In this document: one piece after another, positions 28,843 to 39,601 of the stretch
How positions within the stretch are numbered: the first letter of the stretch is position 1
Layout: each line of letters opens with the position of its first letter
Source of the DNA: Candidatus Saccharimonadales bacterium
GTDB lineage: Bacteria; Patescibacteriota; Saccharimonadia; Saccharimonadales; JAGPDM01
NCBI GenBank assembly: GCA_044227985.1
Contig: JBGAVT010000001.1
Coordinates: 6,216 to 70,215 of the forward strand
Length of the DNA stretch: 64,000 bases
Reading direction: 5' to 3'
The notes under the pieces: model-generated
Database searches by the model: none
Told to the model about the DNA's origin: nothing
The model's input: the letters and a program-made list of their open reading frames with translations, nothing else
Position numbers and translations under genes: made by a program

Positions 28843-29283
28843 CTATTTCTTGGTAGTCTTTTTGGCTGAAGCTTTTTTAGCAGCTGGTTTTTTAGCAGCT
28901 GGTTTTTTGGTTGCAGTTTTCTTAACTTCAGTTTTTTTCGCAGTTACAGCAGTAACTGGGGCTGTTGTAGTTGTTTTCGTATTTACTTTTGGTGACGTAG
29001 CATTCTTACGATTAATAATAACCAAAATAAGAAGGCCGATGAGGACAGCTACCAACGCAGAAGTTAGTAAGTAATATAACTTAGACTGTTGTAGAATTTC
29101 TTGTACTTCTGGCTTAGTGGCTTCTTTACCGAGCTGTTCTTTTAGTTGATCGTACTGTTCAAACTGAGATTGAACAGTTAGAAATGCCTGGTATGCAAAT
29201 TTTAGGATTTCGAAAAACCCGAGTGCGATTGTTGAGCTAGCAATTATTTGCCAAACTTGTGCTTTTGAAAATTGTTGATTCAT
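28843..29283 (-). CDS. Two-TM protein with a Lys/Ala-rich (histone H1-like) tail
   Basis: C-terminal TKKPAAKKPAAKKASAKKTTKK. Confidence 0.75.
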   Translation of the reverse strand: MNQQFSKAQVWQIIASSTIALGFFEILKFAYQAFLTVQSQFEQYDQLKEQLGKEATKPEVQEILQQSKLYYLLTSALVAVLIGLLILVIINRKNATSPKVNTKTTTTAPVTAVTAKKTEVKKTATKKPAAKKPAAKKASAKKTTKK

Positions 29284-29288
29284 GTTAT

Positions 29289-29603
29289 TTATTCCTTTTC
29301 TTTATCTAATTTATCAAGACCAATGCCCTTGACGATGAAGTATATCACTGCAGCGACTATCAGTAAATCAAGTAGTGGACTTGCGAACTTTCCCCAAACA
29401 AAATCTGATTTACCAATTGTAAAACTTGCTTTTGCAAGATTGTCGGCATTTGGTAAAACTAAACCAATTAGAGGATTAATCAAACCATCAACTAGACCGC
29501 TGACTACATCCTTAACGGCAATACCTAAAATCAACCCAATTGCTAAACCGACAACACCTTGTTCTCTGATAAAATCAAGGAAACCAGTCATCTGTTTTTT
29601 CAT
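29289..29603 (-). CDS. mscL: Large-conductance mechanosensitive channel (short form)
   Basis: F-x-x-F-x-x-x-x-x-VV-x-LA-x-G-x-I-x-G; two TMs; 104 aa. Confidence 0.85.
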   Translation of the reverse strand: MKKQMTGFLDFIREQGVVGLAIGLILGIAVKDVVSGLVDGLINPLIGLVLPNADNLAKASFTIGKSDFVWGKFASPLLDLLIVAAVIYFIVKGIGLDKLDKEKE

Positions 29604-29625
29604 ACTTCAACCCCTCACATTATAT

Positions 29626-30459
29626 TTAATGGTTAGAGTATGACAGAACAGAGATTGCCTGTCGAGTAGCAGCGACATCGTGGACACGCACAAATGAGGC
29701 ACCTTTTTCTATCGACTGGGCAGCAATTATTGCTGAGGCAGTGTCACGGTATTTTGTCGGTTGATTTGTCAGCTCGCCGATAAAGCGTTTGCGACTAGCG
29801 CCAATTAAAACTGGTAGTTTGGTCTGCTGCGATGACTCCATGCATAGTTGCATATTCGTATCAATGTCAGCTCCTGGAAGTAAGCTATAATCTTCTTGTT
29901 CGACATCACCAAAGCCGAGTCCAGGGTCGAGAATCAACCTATGCTCGTCAATCCCTGCTTTGATTGCGTGGTTAGTAATCCGCTGAAATTCCTCATGCAA
30001 ACTATCAAGCAATCTACTTTTCTGCAACGGTTTTTGGCGCATCAAAATAATCGAACAACCGTATTTATTTACTACATCAGCCATATCAGAATCGCCTAAA
30101 CTAGAAATATCATTAATAAAATCTGCACCAGCGTCTAGGGCATTTTGTGCAACCAGAGCCTTCTTTGTATCTACGCTTATGGGGATACGTGGCGCTAATT
30201 TTTTAAGCATCCTTATAACCGGCACTATGCGCTTTGACTCCTCAATAGTTGAGACTTCATCATGCCCTCCTGGTCGTGTTGACTCACCGCCTACATCAAA
30301 GCTGTCTGCACCCTGATCAATAATCTGTCCAATATAATCTTCTGTTAATTCTACCTCGGCATCGCTGAACGAATCAGGCGTAGCATTAATAATAGCCATG
30401 ACTTGAGGTTTTGTAATCGTCCACACATCACCGTGGGCGCCAAATAATTGAAAATTCAA
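29626..30459 (-). CDS. folP: Dihydropteroate synthase
   Basis: INATPDSFSD, DVGGESTRPG, ISVDT, NDIS, DPGLGF, GASRKRF, VRVHDV. Confidence 0.93.
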   Translation of the reverse strand: MNFQLFGAHGDVWTITKPQVMAIINATPDSFSDAEVELTEDYIGQIIDQGADSFDVGGESTRPGGHDEVSTIEESKRIVPVIRMLKKLAPRIPISVDTKKALVAQNALDAGADFINDISSLGDSDMADVVNKYGCSIILMRQKPLQKSRLLDSLHEEFQRITNHAIKAGIDEHRLILDPGLGFGDVEQEDYSLLPGADIDTNMQLCMESSQQTKLPVLIGASRKRFIGELTNQPTKYRDTASAIIAAQSIEKGASFVRVHDVAATRQAISVLSYSNH

Positions 30460-31691
30460 AGCACAACCCCTTCTGCTGCTTCGAGTTGTCGTTCAAGCTC
30501 TGCCATACCATTGGCCACATCAACCGAAATACGCACCTGCTGAGCAGCCATACCGAGCGCATACAACGTACGGAAAAGGCAATGCGCTCGACACTGCTCA
30601 CCCATTTGCCCAACTCTTAGAACCGGCAGGCCAAACGATCCAGAAATCTCAACACCGTAGTGCTCGACCATATAACGCTGCCAAAAAACCGCATCAACAC
30701 CATCAGGAACTTTGATTGAAATAACACTCGCCAGTCTCTGTCTCTCAGGTACGTATAGCTCTAGCCCCATGGCCACAATCCCAGCCTGCATTGCTAGTGA
30801 GCTAGCTAGGTGACGCTTCATACGGGCCTCAAGTGTCTCTTTGCTCACTAAGCGCAGTGCTTCATACATTGCCAAAACTCCTGGGACTGGTGCGGTGTAA
30901 TGATATTTTTGATGGCCCCAAAACTGCCAAGCTAGCTTCGCATCTAGTGTCCACTGCGCTAATGGATGTTTGCGCTTTTCGATAGTCTCCCATGCTTTAT
31001 CGCTGAGAGCGAGCAAACTTACGCCTGGAATACTTGAGAGACCTTTCTGTCCGCCTGTGATGACTGCATCAATCCCCCATTCATCCATTAGAAAGGGCAT
31101 AGTCGTCAGAGTACAGACTGCATCAACGATAAACAATGCACCATGATCTTTAACAAGCTTCGCTATTTCGGGTAAGAAAATATTATGAACACCACTACTA
31201 GTCTCACCTTGTACTATCGTTACGACGTCGTACTTATTCGTCTGTAATTTTTTCTCAACCATCTTCGGTGAAATTGTTTCTATATCTTCAGTTGATAATA
31301 CGTCAACATCGGCACCTGTCCGCCGAGCCATTTCTTCCAGTCGAGGACCGAAGACACCATGCTTATTAACAAGACTTAAAACCCTACGGCCCGGCCAAGC
31401 GAGATTAGAAACAGCCATTTCCATAGCAGCGCTACTCGGACCACCAACACCAATTATATATTGACTCCTAGTCTGGAATGAGTAGCGCGCCATCTCTTGT
31501 AGGCCAGCAATTACCTTATTCATATCTTTACCAAGGTGATTAATGACAACGCTATTTGCGCGAGAAACTTCATTAGGTAGTGGTACGGGACCAGCGCCCA
31601 TCAATAACAATGGTTCATCAGGCAAAATATCATCAAGACGTGTTAGCTTGGGCGGAGAACATCTATCAACGTAATCGGCGTGGTTGCTCAT
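30456..31691 (-). CDS. Class V PLP aminotransferase (alanine-glyoxylate/serine-pyruvate family)
   Basis: MGAGP, GETSSG, VDAV, GGQKGL (PLP lysine), YHYT, RVGQMG. Confidence 0.88.
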   Translation of the reverse strand: MSNHADYVDRCSPPKLTRLDDILPDEPLLLMGAGPVPLPNEVSRANSVVINHLGKDMNKVIAGLQEMARYSFQTRSQYIIGVGGPSSAAMEMAVSNLAWPGRRVLSLVNKHGVFGPRLEEMARRTGADVDVLSTEDIETISPKMVEKKLQTNKYDVVTIVQGETSSGVHNIFLPEIAKLVKDHGALFIVDAVCTLTTMPFLMDEWGIDAVITGGQKGLSSIPGVSLLALSDKAWETIEKRKHPLAQWTLDAKLAWQFWGHQKYHYTAPVPGVLAMYEALRLVSKETLEARMKRHLASSLAMQAGIVAMGLELYVPERQRLASVISIKVPDGVDAVFWQRYMVEHYGVEISGSFGLPVLRVGQMGEQCRAHCLFRTLYALGMAAQQVRISVDVANGMAELERQLEAAEGVVL

Positions 31692-32208
31692 GCTCTAATG
31701 ATAGCAAACGTGATGCTTCACCACGTATGATTCCTCCATCAACATATAAATTAATTAAATCTCCAAAAATCTGTTTTGCTTCGTCAATTGTTTCAACAGG
31801 AGGCTCACCAGCGATATTTGCACTTGGTGCAATAAGCGGGCCGGTTTGCTCAATAATTTTTTGTAAAAATTTATAATCAGGCAAACGAAAAGCTAAACTA
31901 GCTTTTCCTCTAGTTAGGTAATTATCTACACTCTCTACCGGTAATATCAAGCTCACTGGTCCAGGCCAATAGGTGCTCGCCTGCATCAACTTATCTTCTT
32001 TCACGCCAAATGCTTTGAGCTGCAAAACGTCAGATACCAGAATAATACATGGCTTATTACTTTGTCTTTTACGGACTTTGTAAACCTCCTCAACAGCGCT
32101 TTCCGAAGAGGCTCGTGCCAATATTCCATAAATAGTATCAGTCGGTGTGACCACCAACTTATTGTCTTTCAAGGCATTGATTGCTTCAGTTAGATCATCA
32201 TGACTCAT
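31666..32208 (-). CDS. tsaC: L-threonylcarbamoyladenylate synthase (YrdC/Sua5)
   Basis: PTDTIYG, K-x-R-x-x-x-KP, WPGP, SAN. Confidence 0.92.
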   Translation of the reverse strand: MSHDDLTEAINALKDNKLVVTPTDTIYGILARASSESAVEEVYKVRKRQSNKPCIILVSDVLQLKAFGVKEDKLMQASTYWPGPVSLILPVESVDNYLTRGKASLAFRLPDYKFLQKIIEQTGPLIAPSANIAGEPPVETIDEAKQIFGDLINLYVDGGIIRGEASRLLSLEHEQPRRLR

Positions 32209-32261
32209 GGCTTTAGTATAGCAACTGACGAAAGATTCGATTTATTGCTATACTAAAACCA

Positions 32262-33122
32262 ATGTATAAAACATTAACACAATGGCTACTAAATGAAGGA
32301 TTTCACATCCTAATTATATCTTTTGTGGCGGTATTTGTTAGGCGAAATAGTAAACTACCCATCAAGCGTTTCATTAAAAGTTTGATGAAAGCTGAAAAAT
32401 TTAGTAACGATGGTGAAAGAATGCGCCGTGAAGAAACATTAAGAGATATCGTCTACGCATCACTAGGCGTTGTTATCTACGCAATTGCATTCACCATGAT
32501 TCTGTCTATTCTTGAAATCAATATCCAGCCGCTACTCGCTAGTGCAGGTGTGCTTGGTGTTGCACTCGGCTTTGGTGGTCAGTGGTTAATCAGAGATGTT
32601 ATATCAGGTATTTTTATTATTACTGAAAATCAATATCGAGTTGGAGATGTAGTTACACTCAACACGGGTAGTGTTCAGATTTCAGGTACAGTCGAAGACA
32701 TTAGCCTCCGTTTAACAGAGCTTCGTGATCTTGATGGTCAACTATTTCATGTGCCTAACGGAATAATTCAAGTTGCAGGTAATAAAAGCAAAGACTTTGC
32801 TGGCATTAACCTCGATATCGATGTAGCCTATGATTCAGACTTGAAACTTGTACAAAAGGTTGTCAACGAGGTTGGAGCACAGTTAGCGGAGGACAAAGAG
32901 TGGAAAAAACACATTATCGAAACGCCTCGATTCTTGCGAGTTGATCGTTTCTCTGAACGATCTGTTGTTATAAAGATCGTTGGCAAAACCGAGCCCCTCA
33001 AACAATGGTCAGTAAGCGGCGAATTGAGGTTAAGGCTTAACGATGCCTTTAGAGAGCACAAGATAAAAATGCCCTACTTTAGTGTTGCCAGTGTTGGATC
33101 AATACCCAATACAAAAAAATAG
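32262..33122 (+). CDS. mscS: Small-conductance mechanosensitive channel
   Basis: AGVLGVALGFGGQ-x-LI-x-D-x-ISG, GD-x-V, G-x-VE-x-I-x-LR-x-T, VPNG. Confidence 0.9.
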   Translation: MYKTLTQWLLNEGFHILIISFVAVFVRRNSKLPIKRFIKSLMKAEKFSNDGERMRREETLRDIVYASLGVVIYAIAFTMILSILEINIQPLLASAGVLGVALGFGGQWLIRDVISGIFIITENQYRVGDVVTLNTGSVQISGTVEDISLRLTELRDLDGQLFHVPNGIIQVAGNKSKDFAGINLDIDVAYDSDLKLVQKVVNEVGAQLAEDKEWKKHIIETPRFLRVDRFSERSVVIKIVGKTEPLKQWSVSGELRLRLNDAFREHKIKMPYFSVASVGSIPNTKK

Positions 33123-33130
33123 CGTAGTTT

Positions 33131-33769
33131 TTAAATATTTATTTCAATCGGTTGAGAGTCGCCAATCGGGAAGAATTGGATACCTGCTTGAGACAGAGTT
33201 TTTTCAGCTAATTCATAGTACCAAACCTTTCCTTCGTCAGATAAATGCCAATCATGGATTGGAATGACAGCTTGTGGTTGCATTTGTAGCAGTAGTTCCA
33301 TGGCGCCAGCAAACGAGCCCCAAGGTGATACAATCGGCATCGCCACTATCGGCGCAGGTCTAATCATCTGGAAGCTATCTCCGACATGAGTTAGTTTGTT
33401 CCAAAGAGTAAACAGACTGTTCTCTGGTGGTGCTGGTTGCCCGGTCCACATAGGTGCATGAGCAGTTGTTACCATGTTGATCTCGCTTGGCGTGGAAACC
33501 GATGCATGCAATCCACGCGCATCTAGTTTATCTGTCACCGTCTTGTTAGAAATAATCAAACAATCCGGATTGTAATCACGAATTGCATCAATAAAATTTA
33601 TATCCATGTGGTCGGGGTGCTCATGCGTAACCAAAACATAATCAATACGTGGCCAGTTTGCTAAATCAGCTATAGCTGATTCCATACTCCACTTACCTGG
33701 GTCGATAAATACAGCTTTGCCTTCATCTTCAACTAGCAGACACGAATGTACGTATTTTGTTATCTTCAT
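33131..33769 (-). CDS. MBL-fold metallo-hydrolase (UlaG-like)
   Basis: HSC, IDPG, THEHPDH, GD, PIHD. Confidence 0.88.
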   Translation of the reverse strand: MKITKYVHSCLLVEDEGKAVFIDPGKWSMESAIADLANWPRIDYVLVTHEHPDHMDINFIDAIRDYNPDCLIISNKTVTDKLDARGLHASVSTPSEINMVTTAHAPMWTGQPAPPENSLFTLWNKLTHVGDSFQMIRPAPIVAMPIVSPWGSFAGAMELLLQMQPQAVIPIHDWHLSDEGKVWYYELAEKTLSQAGIQFFPIGDSQPIEINI

Positions 33770-34989
33770 TATTTACTATCTACTTTCATCGTTTTTTCTG
33801 TAGTTTTAGCAGTGGTTCGTCTGGCTCTTCTGTGTGGGTAAATCATAGCAAAGACACCAAGTCCAAGTATACTAATTATAGTCGTAATTACACCTCCTGC
33901 GAACGGAATGAGACCGATTAAGTAATATAGACCAAGACCAACCACTAAAGCACTTAGGGGCGTCGCAAGCTTAGTCTCGTTACGGCTAGCTGATTGTTTT
34001 TGTAGGAGGTATCGCCCGACTAGGTATGAACCAGGAATCTTCGCCGAGAATATTGCCATCAACCAAAATACTAACGTGATAATACCAAGTGGAAATCCGA
34101 TCAAGCTTAACATCAGAAGAAAACTGATTGGACCACCGATCAACGCAATGATAATTCCCCAGATGAATGTCTGGCCATAGTCTTTCGAGCTGATACGGGT
34201 CACTCGCTCAGTACTCTGACGGAAAACATACATTGCTGCGAGACCAATAATCAAACTAGCAGCGAAGAAAAATATAGCGGCTACTACTTTAGCAATAAAA
34301 CCAGCGAGATACGGTACATCATTCTTTAGCTCTGGCTGCTTAAGATTAATATTACCAATTACTTGGCTACCTGTTTGCCGCTTGGCTTTATTTTCAGAAA
34401 ATAAGTCGATATTTCCGCTAATCTTTGCCTTTTCCCCAATCGTGAGAGAGTTAGCACTTATAACGCTATTTCGACCAACTCGAGCGTTTAACAATAGGCT
34501 GTCACTACCAGCCATAATACCGCGACCGATATCACCAGACAAAGTCAGTACACTGCTACCAGCAATAACACCCCCACCGATTACCGTGTCGTCAGTCGTT
34601 TTGACGTTAGCACCAAATCCGATGAAACTATCACCAATCTCAGCTTTATTCAGAGAGATTGTTTGTCCAGCGGCATAAAGATCGTCACGAATAGTACCAG
34701 TAACTTCAACGCTGCTCCCGGCCGCAAAAACGTCACCATTTACGACGCCTCGAATACTAACATCACTACCGACTGCATAGACATCACCGTTAACAACACC
34801 TTCAATAACAACTCGGTTTGAGCTTACAAAAAGATCATCATTAATCGTCTGCGTCTCGCTAACTCGGTATTCCTCATCATTCTCACGAACAGTTACAGCT
34901 GATGCTTTCATGCTAGACCCAAAACCAAACAAAACAACTCCTAGTAGAACAAAGAGCGCTACTTTCTTTTTACTGTGCTTAGTTAACAT
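33769..34989 (-). CDS. Secreted beta-helix (bactofilin/polymer-forming-like) domain followed by multiple TMs
   Basis: Signal peptide, repeated I-x-G-x-V-x-GD-x-x-A-x-G units, about five C-terminal TMs; GGAGG SD before ATG 34989. Confidence 0.8.
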   Translation of the reverse strand: MLTKHSKKKVALFVLLGVVLFGFGSSMKASAVTVRENDEEYRVSETQTINDDLFVSSNRVVIEGVVNGDVYAVGSDVSIRGVVNGDVFAAGSSVEVTGTIRDDLYAAGQTISLNKAEIGDSFIGFGANVKTTDDTVIGGGVIAGSSVLTLSGDIGRGIMAGSDSLLLNARVGRNSVISANSLTIGEKAKISGNIDLFSENKAKRQTGSQVIGNINLKQPELKNDVPYLAGFIAKVVAAIFFFAASLIIGLAAMYVFRQSTERVTRISSKDYGQTFIWGIIIALIGGPISFLLMLSLIGFPLGIITLVFWLMAIFSAKIPGSYLVGRYLLQKQSASRNETKLATPLSALVVGLGLYYLIGLIPFAGGVITTIISILGLGVFAMIYPHRRARRTTAKTTEKTMKVDSK

Positions 34990-35144
34990 GACTTCCTCCA
35001 TCAATTATTCTATCTATCAATATACATCATATCGTCAGCACATAACAAAGTGGTACAGTTATATATCTTCAAATTCTTAGACGATTTTTGTTCATCGATG
35101 CTTATGATTTTGACTTTTAACTGATTCCTCTATAAAATCTATCT

Positions 35145-36614
35145 ATGGTACACGAAACAATCTCTTTAGGAATAACATTTGATGACGTCTTGCTCTTACC
35201 CGGGGCGAGTAACGTTTTACCTAGTGAAGTAAACGTAGCTGGACGTTTCAGTCAGCATATAAACCTACCAACGCCAATTATAAGCGCTGCTATGGACACA
35301 GTGACCGAGGCTGATACGGCCATTACTATGGCACGAGCTGGTGGCATTGGTGTGCTCCATCGCTCACTTATCCCAACCGAACAGGCTGCTGAGGTAGTAA
35401 AAGTAAAACGAGCACAATCAACTATTATCCGTGATCCTATCACTGCGCGATCAGACCAAAGTATTTCCTATGCTCGACGCATCACTAGTGAAAATAATAT
35501 CACTGGCATACCGATCGTTGATAAAGATGGAAAGCTTGAAGGTATAGTCACCAACCGGGACATGCGTTTTGTGAAAAATATGCAGACTAAACTCGGTGAA
35601 ATCATGACGACAAAGCTGTTTACTATTAGCGAACCTGTTAATAACCACGAAGCACTCAAACAGATGCATGAGCACCGTATAGAGAAATTACCTGTTGTTG
35701 ATAATTCCGGCAAACTAACCGGTTTGATTACTTTCAAAGACATTCAGAAACGACAACAATTTCCGAATGCTAATCAAGACGATGAAGGTCGCCTACGTGT
35801 TGCCGCAGCAGTTGGAACTGGTAGTGATACTTTTGAACGAATTACGGCGCTAGTCGAGGCTGACATTGATGCAATCATCGTTGACACAGCACATGGTCAT
35901 AGTCAGAAAGTTATCGATATCGTAGCTGATGTTCGTAAAAAATATCCTAAACTAGAATTAATTGCCGGCAACATTGCTACCGCGGAAGCTGCTGAAGCTT
36001 TAATAGCAGCCGGTGTTAACGGACTCAAGGTAGGCATCGGACCAGGTAGTATTTGTACTACGCGAATTATTGCCGGGATAGGCGTACCTCAGTTGACGGC
36101 TATTGCAAATGTTGTAAAAGTTGCGCGACCGAAAAATATTCCTGTTATTGCTGATGGTGGTATCAAGTACAGTGGTGATATCGTCAAAGCTCTGGCAGCT
36201 GGTGCATCGAGTGTTATGCTCGGTGGATTACTAGCTGGAACTGATGAAGCACCAGGTGAACGCACAATCTACCAAGGGCGCGCCTACAAATCATATCGTG
36301 GCATGGGCAGTCTTGGCGCTATGAAGCGCGGCAGTCGCGATAGATACTTCCAAGATAATGTCGAGGAATTTGATTTAGAACAAAAGCTAGTCCCCGAAGG
36401 TATTGAAGGCCGAATTCCGTACCGTGGGCCGCTTGTCAGTACAGTCTTTCAACTAGTTGGTGGTTTACGCGCAGGTATGGGCTATGTTGGAGCTGCGACC
36501 GTCGAAGAACTCTATGACAAAGGCGTATTTATCCGAGTTTCCCAATCTGGCATCAAAGAAAACCACCCCCATGACGTCGAAATAACTAGCGAAGCCCCGA
36601 ACTACCGCCCGTAA
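35145..36614 (+). CDS. guaB: IMP dehydrogenase
   Basis: [17 protein letters not shown], two CBS domains, [23 protein letters not shown]. Confidence 0.98.
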   Translation: MVHETISLGITFDDVLLLPGASNVLPSEVNVAGRFSQHINLPTPIISAAMDTVTEADTAITMARAGGIGVLHRSLIPTEQAAEVVKVKRAQSTIIRDPITARSDQSISYARRITSENNITGIPIVDKDGKLEGIVTNRDMRFVKNMQTKLGEIMTTKLFTISEPVNNHEALKQMHEHRIEKLPVVDNSGKLTGLITFKDIQKRQQFPNANQDDEGRLRVAAAVGTGSDTFERITALVEADIDAIIVDTAHGHSQKVIDIVADVRKKYPKLELIAGNIATAEAAEALIAAGVNGLKVGIGPGSICTTRIIAGIGVPQLTAIANVVKVARPKNIPVIADGGIKYSGDIVKALAAGASSVMLGGLLAGTDEAPGERTIYQGRAYKSYRGMGSLGAMKRGSRDRYFQDNVEEFDLEQKLVPEGIEGRIPYRGPLVSTVFQLVGGLRAGMGYVGAATVEELYDKGVFIRVSQSGIKENHPHDVEITSEAPNYRP

Positions 36615-37118
36615 GCTCTTCACTTTGTAGGACCGTAATCAACCAGACTCATACCTATGAGGATTCTCTACAAAGACTAGGTCTGTAAGCCCTAATAACT
36701 CTATGCGTTTAGTCAGGAAATAACTAATTATCTCTACTTATTCATTTGTTATGCATTCTCTAGAAGTAATCCTATTGGTAATTGATCCAAACCTAAAGTC
36801 TTTGAGCTTTTAAGGTAGTTACGAAATAGCTGTCGCTACTTGACCAATCACTGTGGAGTTATCAGTTATTCTTATCCTTTCATATCTGGAACACCAATTT
36901 TGTCGAGAATACCATAGTATACATTTACAAAGATTATTGGACTTGGACCTAATACAAGGCGGTCAGTAATTACATTTAGTGAGCGAATTGGCCTACTGAT
37001 TTTGCTTAGCTACTAGTTATATGATTTAGGCCTCTCTATAGGTTTGCATAGTATAGTATTTTATGTTTACTATCGAAAAAATATCACAAATAAACAAAAA
37101 ACTACATTAATACTAATT

Positions 37119-38165
37119 TTATAAACGAACAAACAACAATTTGAATTGGTGTGATAATCGTTCACGCCACGAACGATAGTGAACAGGCTTCCTGGCCTGG
37201 TTTTCAGCAAAATAAACTCCTGAGGCTATTATCGCAGCACCTAACACTTGGTGTATTGTGATCATTTCTCGCAAGAAAATCTGCGCTGATAAAACTGCAA
37301 ATACTGGTTGTAAATATCCATACGGACTAGCCTCTTCACCTGTCATATTATCGATAGCGAAATACAATAGTTTTATTGCAATCACAACATTTAATAGTGT
37401 CATTAAGATAATCAGCCCTATAAATACAACTGGGTTGGCTCCACCGAAGCTCCAATTATCAAACTGCACAAACATAATCGGTATGAAGACTATTCCAGCA
37501 AAAAAGATTCTGGCTGATAGAAGCTCAGATAAATCATAGTGTTTTGAATACTTTTTTGTTAATATCGTCCCAAGATTATCAGTAATTAATGCTGCGATTA
37601 ATAATGTACTGCCCAAGATAACATCACCCGTTAGACCACCGGGAGACCCAAAGAATGCAACATACGTAGCGCCAAGAGCTGCCACAGCTAAGCCAACCAT
37701 TACTCTCTTTCGCATTTGTTCTTTTAGGATAAATAGAGATAACATGAACATTATAATAGGTCCGAGGCTACTAACAATTCCATATTCAGTCGCTGATATA
37801 TGGTCTAGTGAAATAAATATAAGCGCTACCGGCAAAGCATTACAAAAAATTCCGATTGTGGCGACAACAAAATAATCTCTTAACTTATTATTTTTAAAAA
37901 ATCGATACAGTCCAGGTAAAAGAAATAGAGTTGCGAGCAAAAAACGAATCCCGACTAAAGATAATGCTGGTAATCCTTCAAGCAAGACTTTGGCAACAAC
38001 AACAGTTCCACCCCAGATAGCTGTAGCAGCGATTAGAGCCATTGAGGCTCGACGAGTAGTCTTTTGAGAACGAAAGCTCCGTATCAAACCACGGATTGGT
38101 CTAAAGCGGTTATTCCGCGCGTGTTGTTCGGCATCAAAAGCGATGCTGGATGGATTATTTATCAT
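37119..38165 (-). CDS. DMT/EamA family transporter
   Basis: About 10 TMs in two repeats, IWG, R-F, LKE/LRE motifs; start uncertain. Confidence 0.85.
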   Translation of the reverse strand: MINNPSSIAFDAEQHARNNRFRPIRGLIRSFRSQKTTRRASMALIAATAIWGGTVVVAKVLLEGLPALSLVGIRFLLATLFLLPGLYRFFKNNKLRDYFVVATIGIFCNALPVALIFISLDHISATEYGIVSSLGPIIMFMLSLFILKEQMRKRVMVGLAVAALGATYVAFFGSPGGLTGDVILGSTLLIAALITDNLGTILTKKYSKHYDLSELLSARIFFAGIVFIPIMFVQFDNWSFGGANPVVFIGLIILMTLLNVVIAIKLLYFAIDNMTGEEASPYGYLQPVFAVLSAQIFLREMITIHQVLGAAIIASGVYFAENQARKPVHYRSWRERLSHQFKLLFVRL

Positions 38166-38242
38166 TTATGTCTTTTTTTGTTTTAATTGTTAATAATATT
38201 ACTATAGCAGTAATTTATATTAAAAGCAAGTATAAAGTGTGG

Positions 38243-38548
38243 TTATTCAGTAATTTTGACGACTGGATAGAAAGAAACAAAATTCGTGAAATCTTTTCCA
38301 ACCTTATCGATTGATCCATCTTTTGGTTCGGCGTAATACCAAGCTGCTGCTGCTGTAGTTTCACCATCAGCACTAATGTCGTAGTAGCTAGCTTTTCCCT
38401 TCCAGAAACATACTGTTTCTCGATCATCATTATGGCTAAAGAATTCTTTTTTTATCGAACTTGGAGGAAAATATACTCCACCTTCAATCAATATAGTATC
38501 CTTCTTGTCTGCCTCAGCTATTACTAACCCGTTATATGTAGCTTTCAT
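38243..38548 (-). CDS. DUF427 protein
   Basis: IEG-x-x-YFP, T-x-C-x-WKG-x-A-x-YY, AAW-x-Y-x-x-P. Confidence 0.9.
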   Translation of the reverse strand: MKATYNGLVIAEADKKDTILIEGGVYFPPSSIKKEFFSHNDDRETVCFWKGKASYYDISADGETTAAAAWYYAEPKDGSIDKVGKDFTNFVSFYPVVKITE

Positions 38549-38922
38549 TATCTGGTTTCTCTTTCTGCTTTATCTTTTTTTAACTGATCAATTCCGAGCG
38601 AATCATTACTTAACAAATTAGCATCATAATCGCTACTTGGTTGGGCAACCTCGTCGAGCTGACTTGTTATCTTTTTTAGATCTAACTGAATAGAGGCTGA
38701 AGTTACAGGTTCAGTTACTTTCGGCAGAACATTCTCGTCAGGATTATCGATTTGCTTAACTACTTCATCAGAGTTTGGCTTCGTGCCTGAATCAAGTACG
38801 AGTTGCTCTTCACCGTTATACGTAAGTGTTCCGATAAAAACTAAGACTAGTGCAATCGTTACGGCTGAAGCAACCGCTAGAAAACTTGATGAACTAGTGA
38901 TTTGTTTAAGCTTTCTACTCAT
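38548..38922 (-). CDS. Hypothetical single-TM protein
   Basis: Start/stop overlaps with both neighbours. Confidence 0.7.
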   Translation of the reverse strand: MSRKLKQITSSSSFLAVASAVTIALVLVFIGTLTYNGEEQLVLDSGTKPNSDEVVKQIDNPDENVLPKVTEPVTSASIQLDLKKITSQLDEVAQPSSDYDANLLSNDSLGIDQLKKDKAERETR

Positions 38923-39551
38923 TTGTTTTTTCCTGTTTTTGCTTGGTTGGTATCTACTGTATCACCGATATTGATTATGGTAAAAGTTTCCAAACTTTTG
39001 ATGACTTGATTATTGATTGCGGAATCAACATTACTAGCAGCGATGATTAAGTTCTTTTGATCATCTCTAGCCGTCTCAACCATAGTCTCTAGTTGCTCTA
39101 TTTCTACCGTACAAGCTGAGCTAGCAGCAGTTCTCAAACTTGATTCATATGTTGTACTAGCAGTTTGGAAGCTATTGATACGAACACGTAACGTGGTGAT
39201 AGATTGAGGTAAATCTCCAGATTGCATCTTGCTGACTTGGAGTCGTTCGACAAGATTTTCTAATCGTGAACTAATTTTTTCATAACGGTCAACTCTATCA
39301 ATCCGTATTAAGCTAGCTCGATCAGATTGAGACTGCAGACGAATTCGAACAATTTGACATGGTAACTCAGCTCTACTCTCTAGCTTTTGTTGTTGTTTAT
39401 TCGATGCATCGAGCTTGCTAAGTGTTTGGTCGCTCAGTGCTAAACGGGTAGGCGCACTAGCGCCGGCCGTAGTGACAGCAAAACTAGATACTAAAAGAAG
39501 GCTCATTATAAGCAGACCAATGGAAATCCGATTACTCTTTATTCGTTTCAT
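38919..39551 (-). CDS. Hypothetical secreted helical/coiled-coil protein
   Basis: Signal peptide; start MKRIK at 39551 lies 6 nt after TGcTATAAT. Confidence 0.72.
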   Translation of the reverse strand: MKRIKSNRISIGLLIMSLLLVSSFAVTTAGASAPTRLALSDQTLSKLDASNKQQQKLESRAELPCQIVRIRLQSQSDRASLIRIDRVDRYEKISSRLENLVERLQVSKMQSGDLPQSITTLRVRINSFQTASTTYESSLRTAASSACTVEIEQLETMVETARDDQKNLIIAASNVDSAINNQVIKSLETFTIINIGDTVDTNQAKTGKNK

Positions 39552-39601
39552 AGTCTCATTATAGCAAACCACAGATTAAATGCCTGTTGTCACTAGAAAA
39601 G

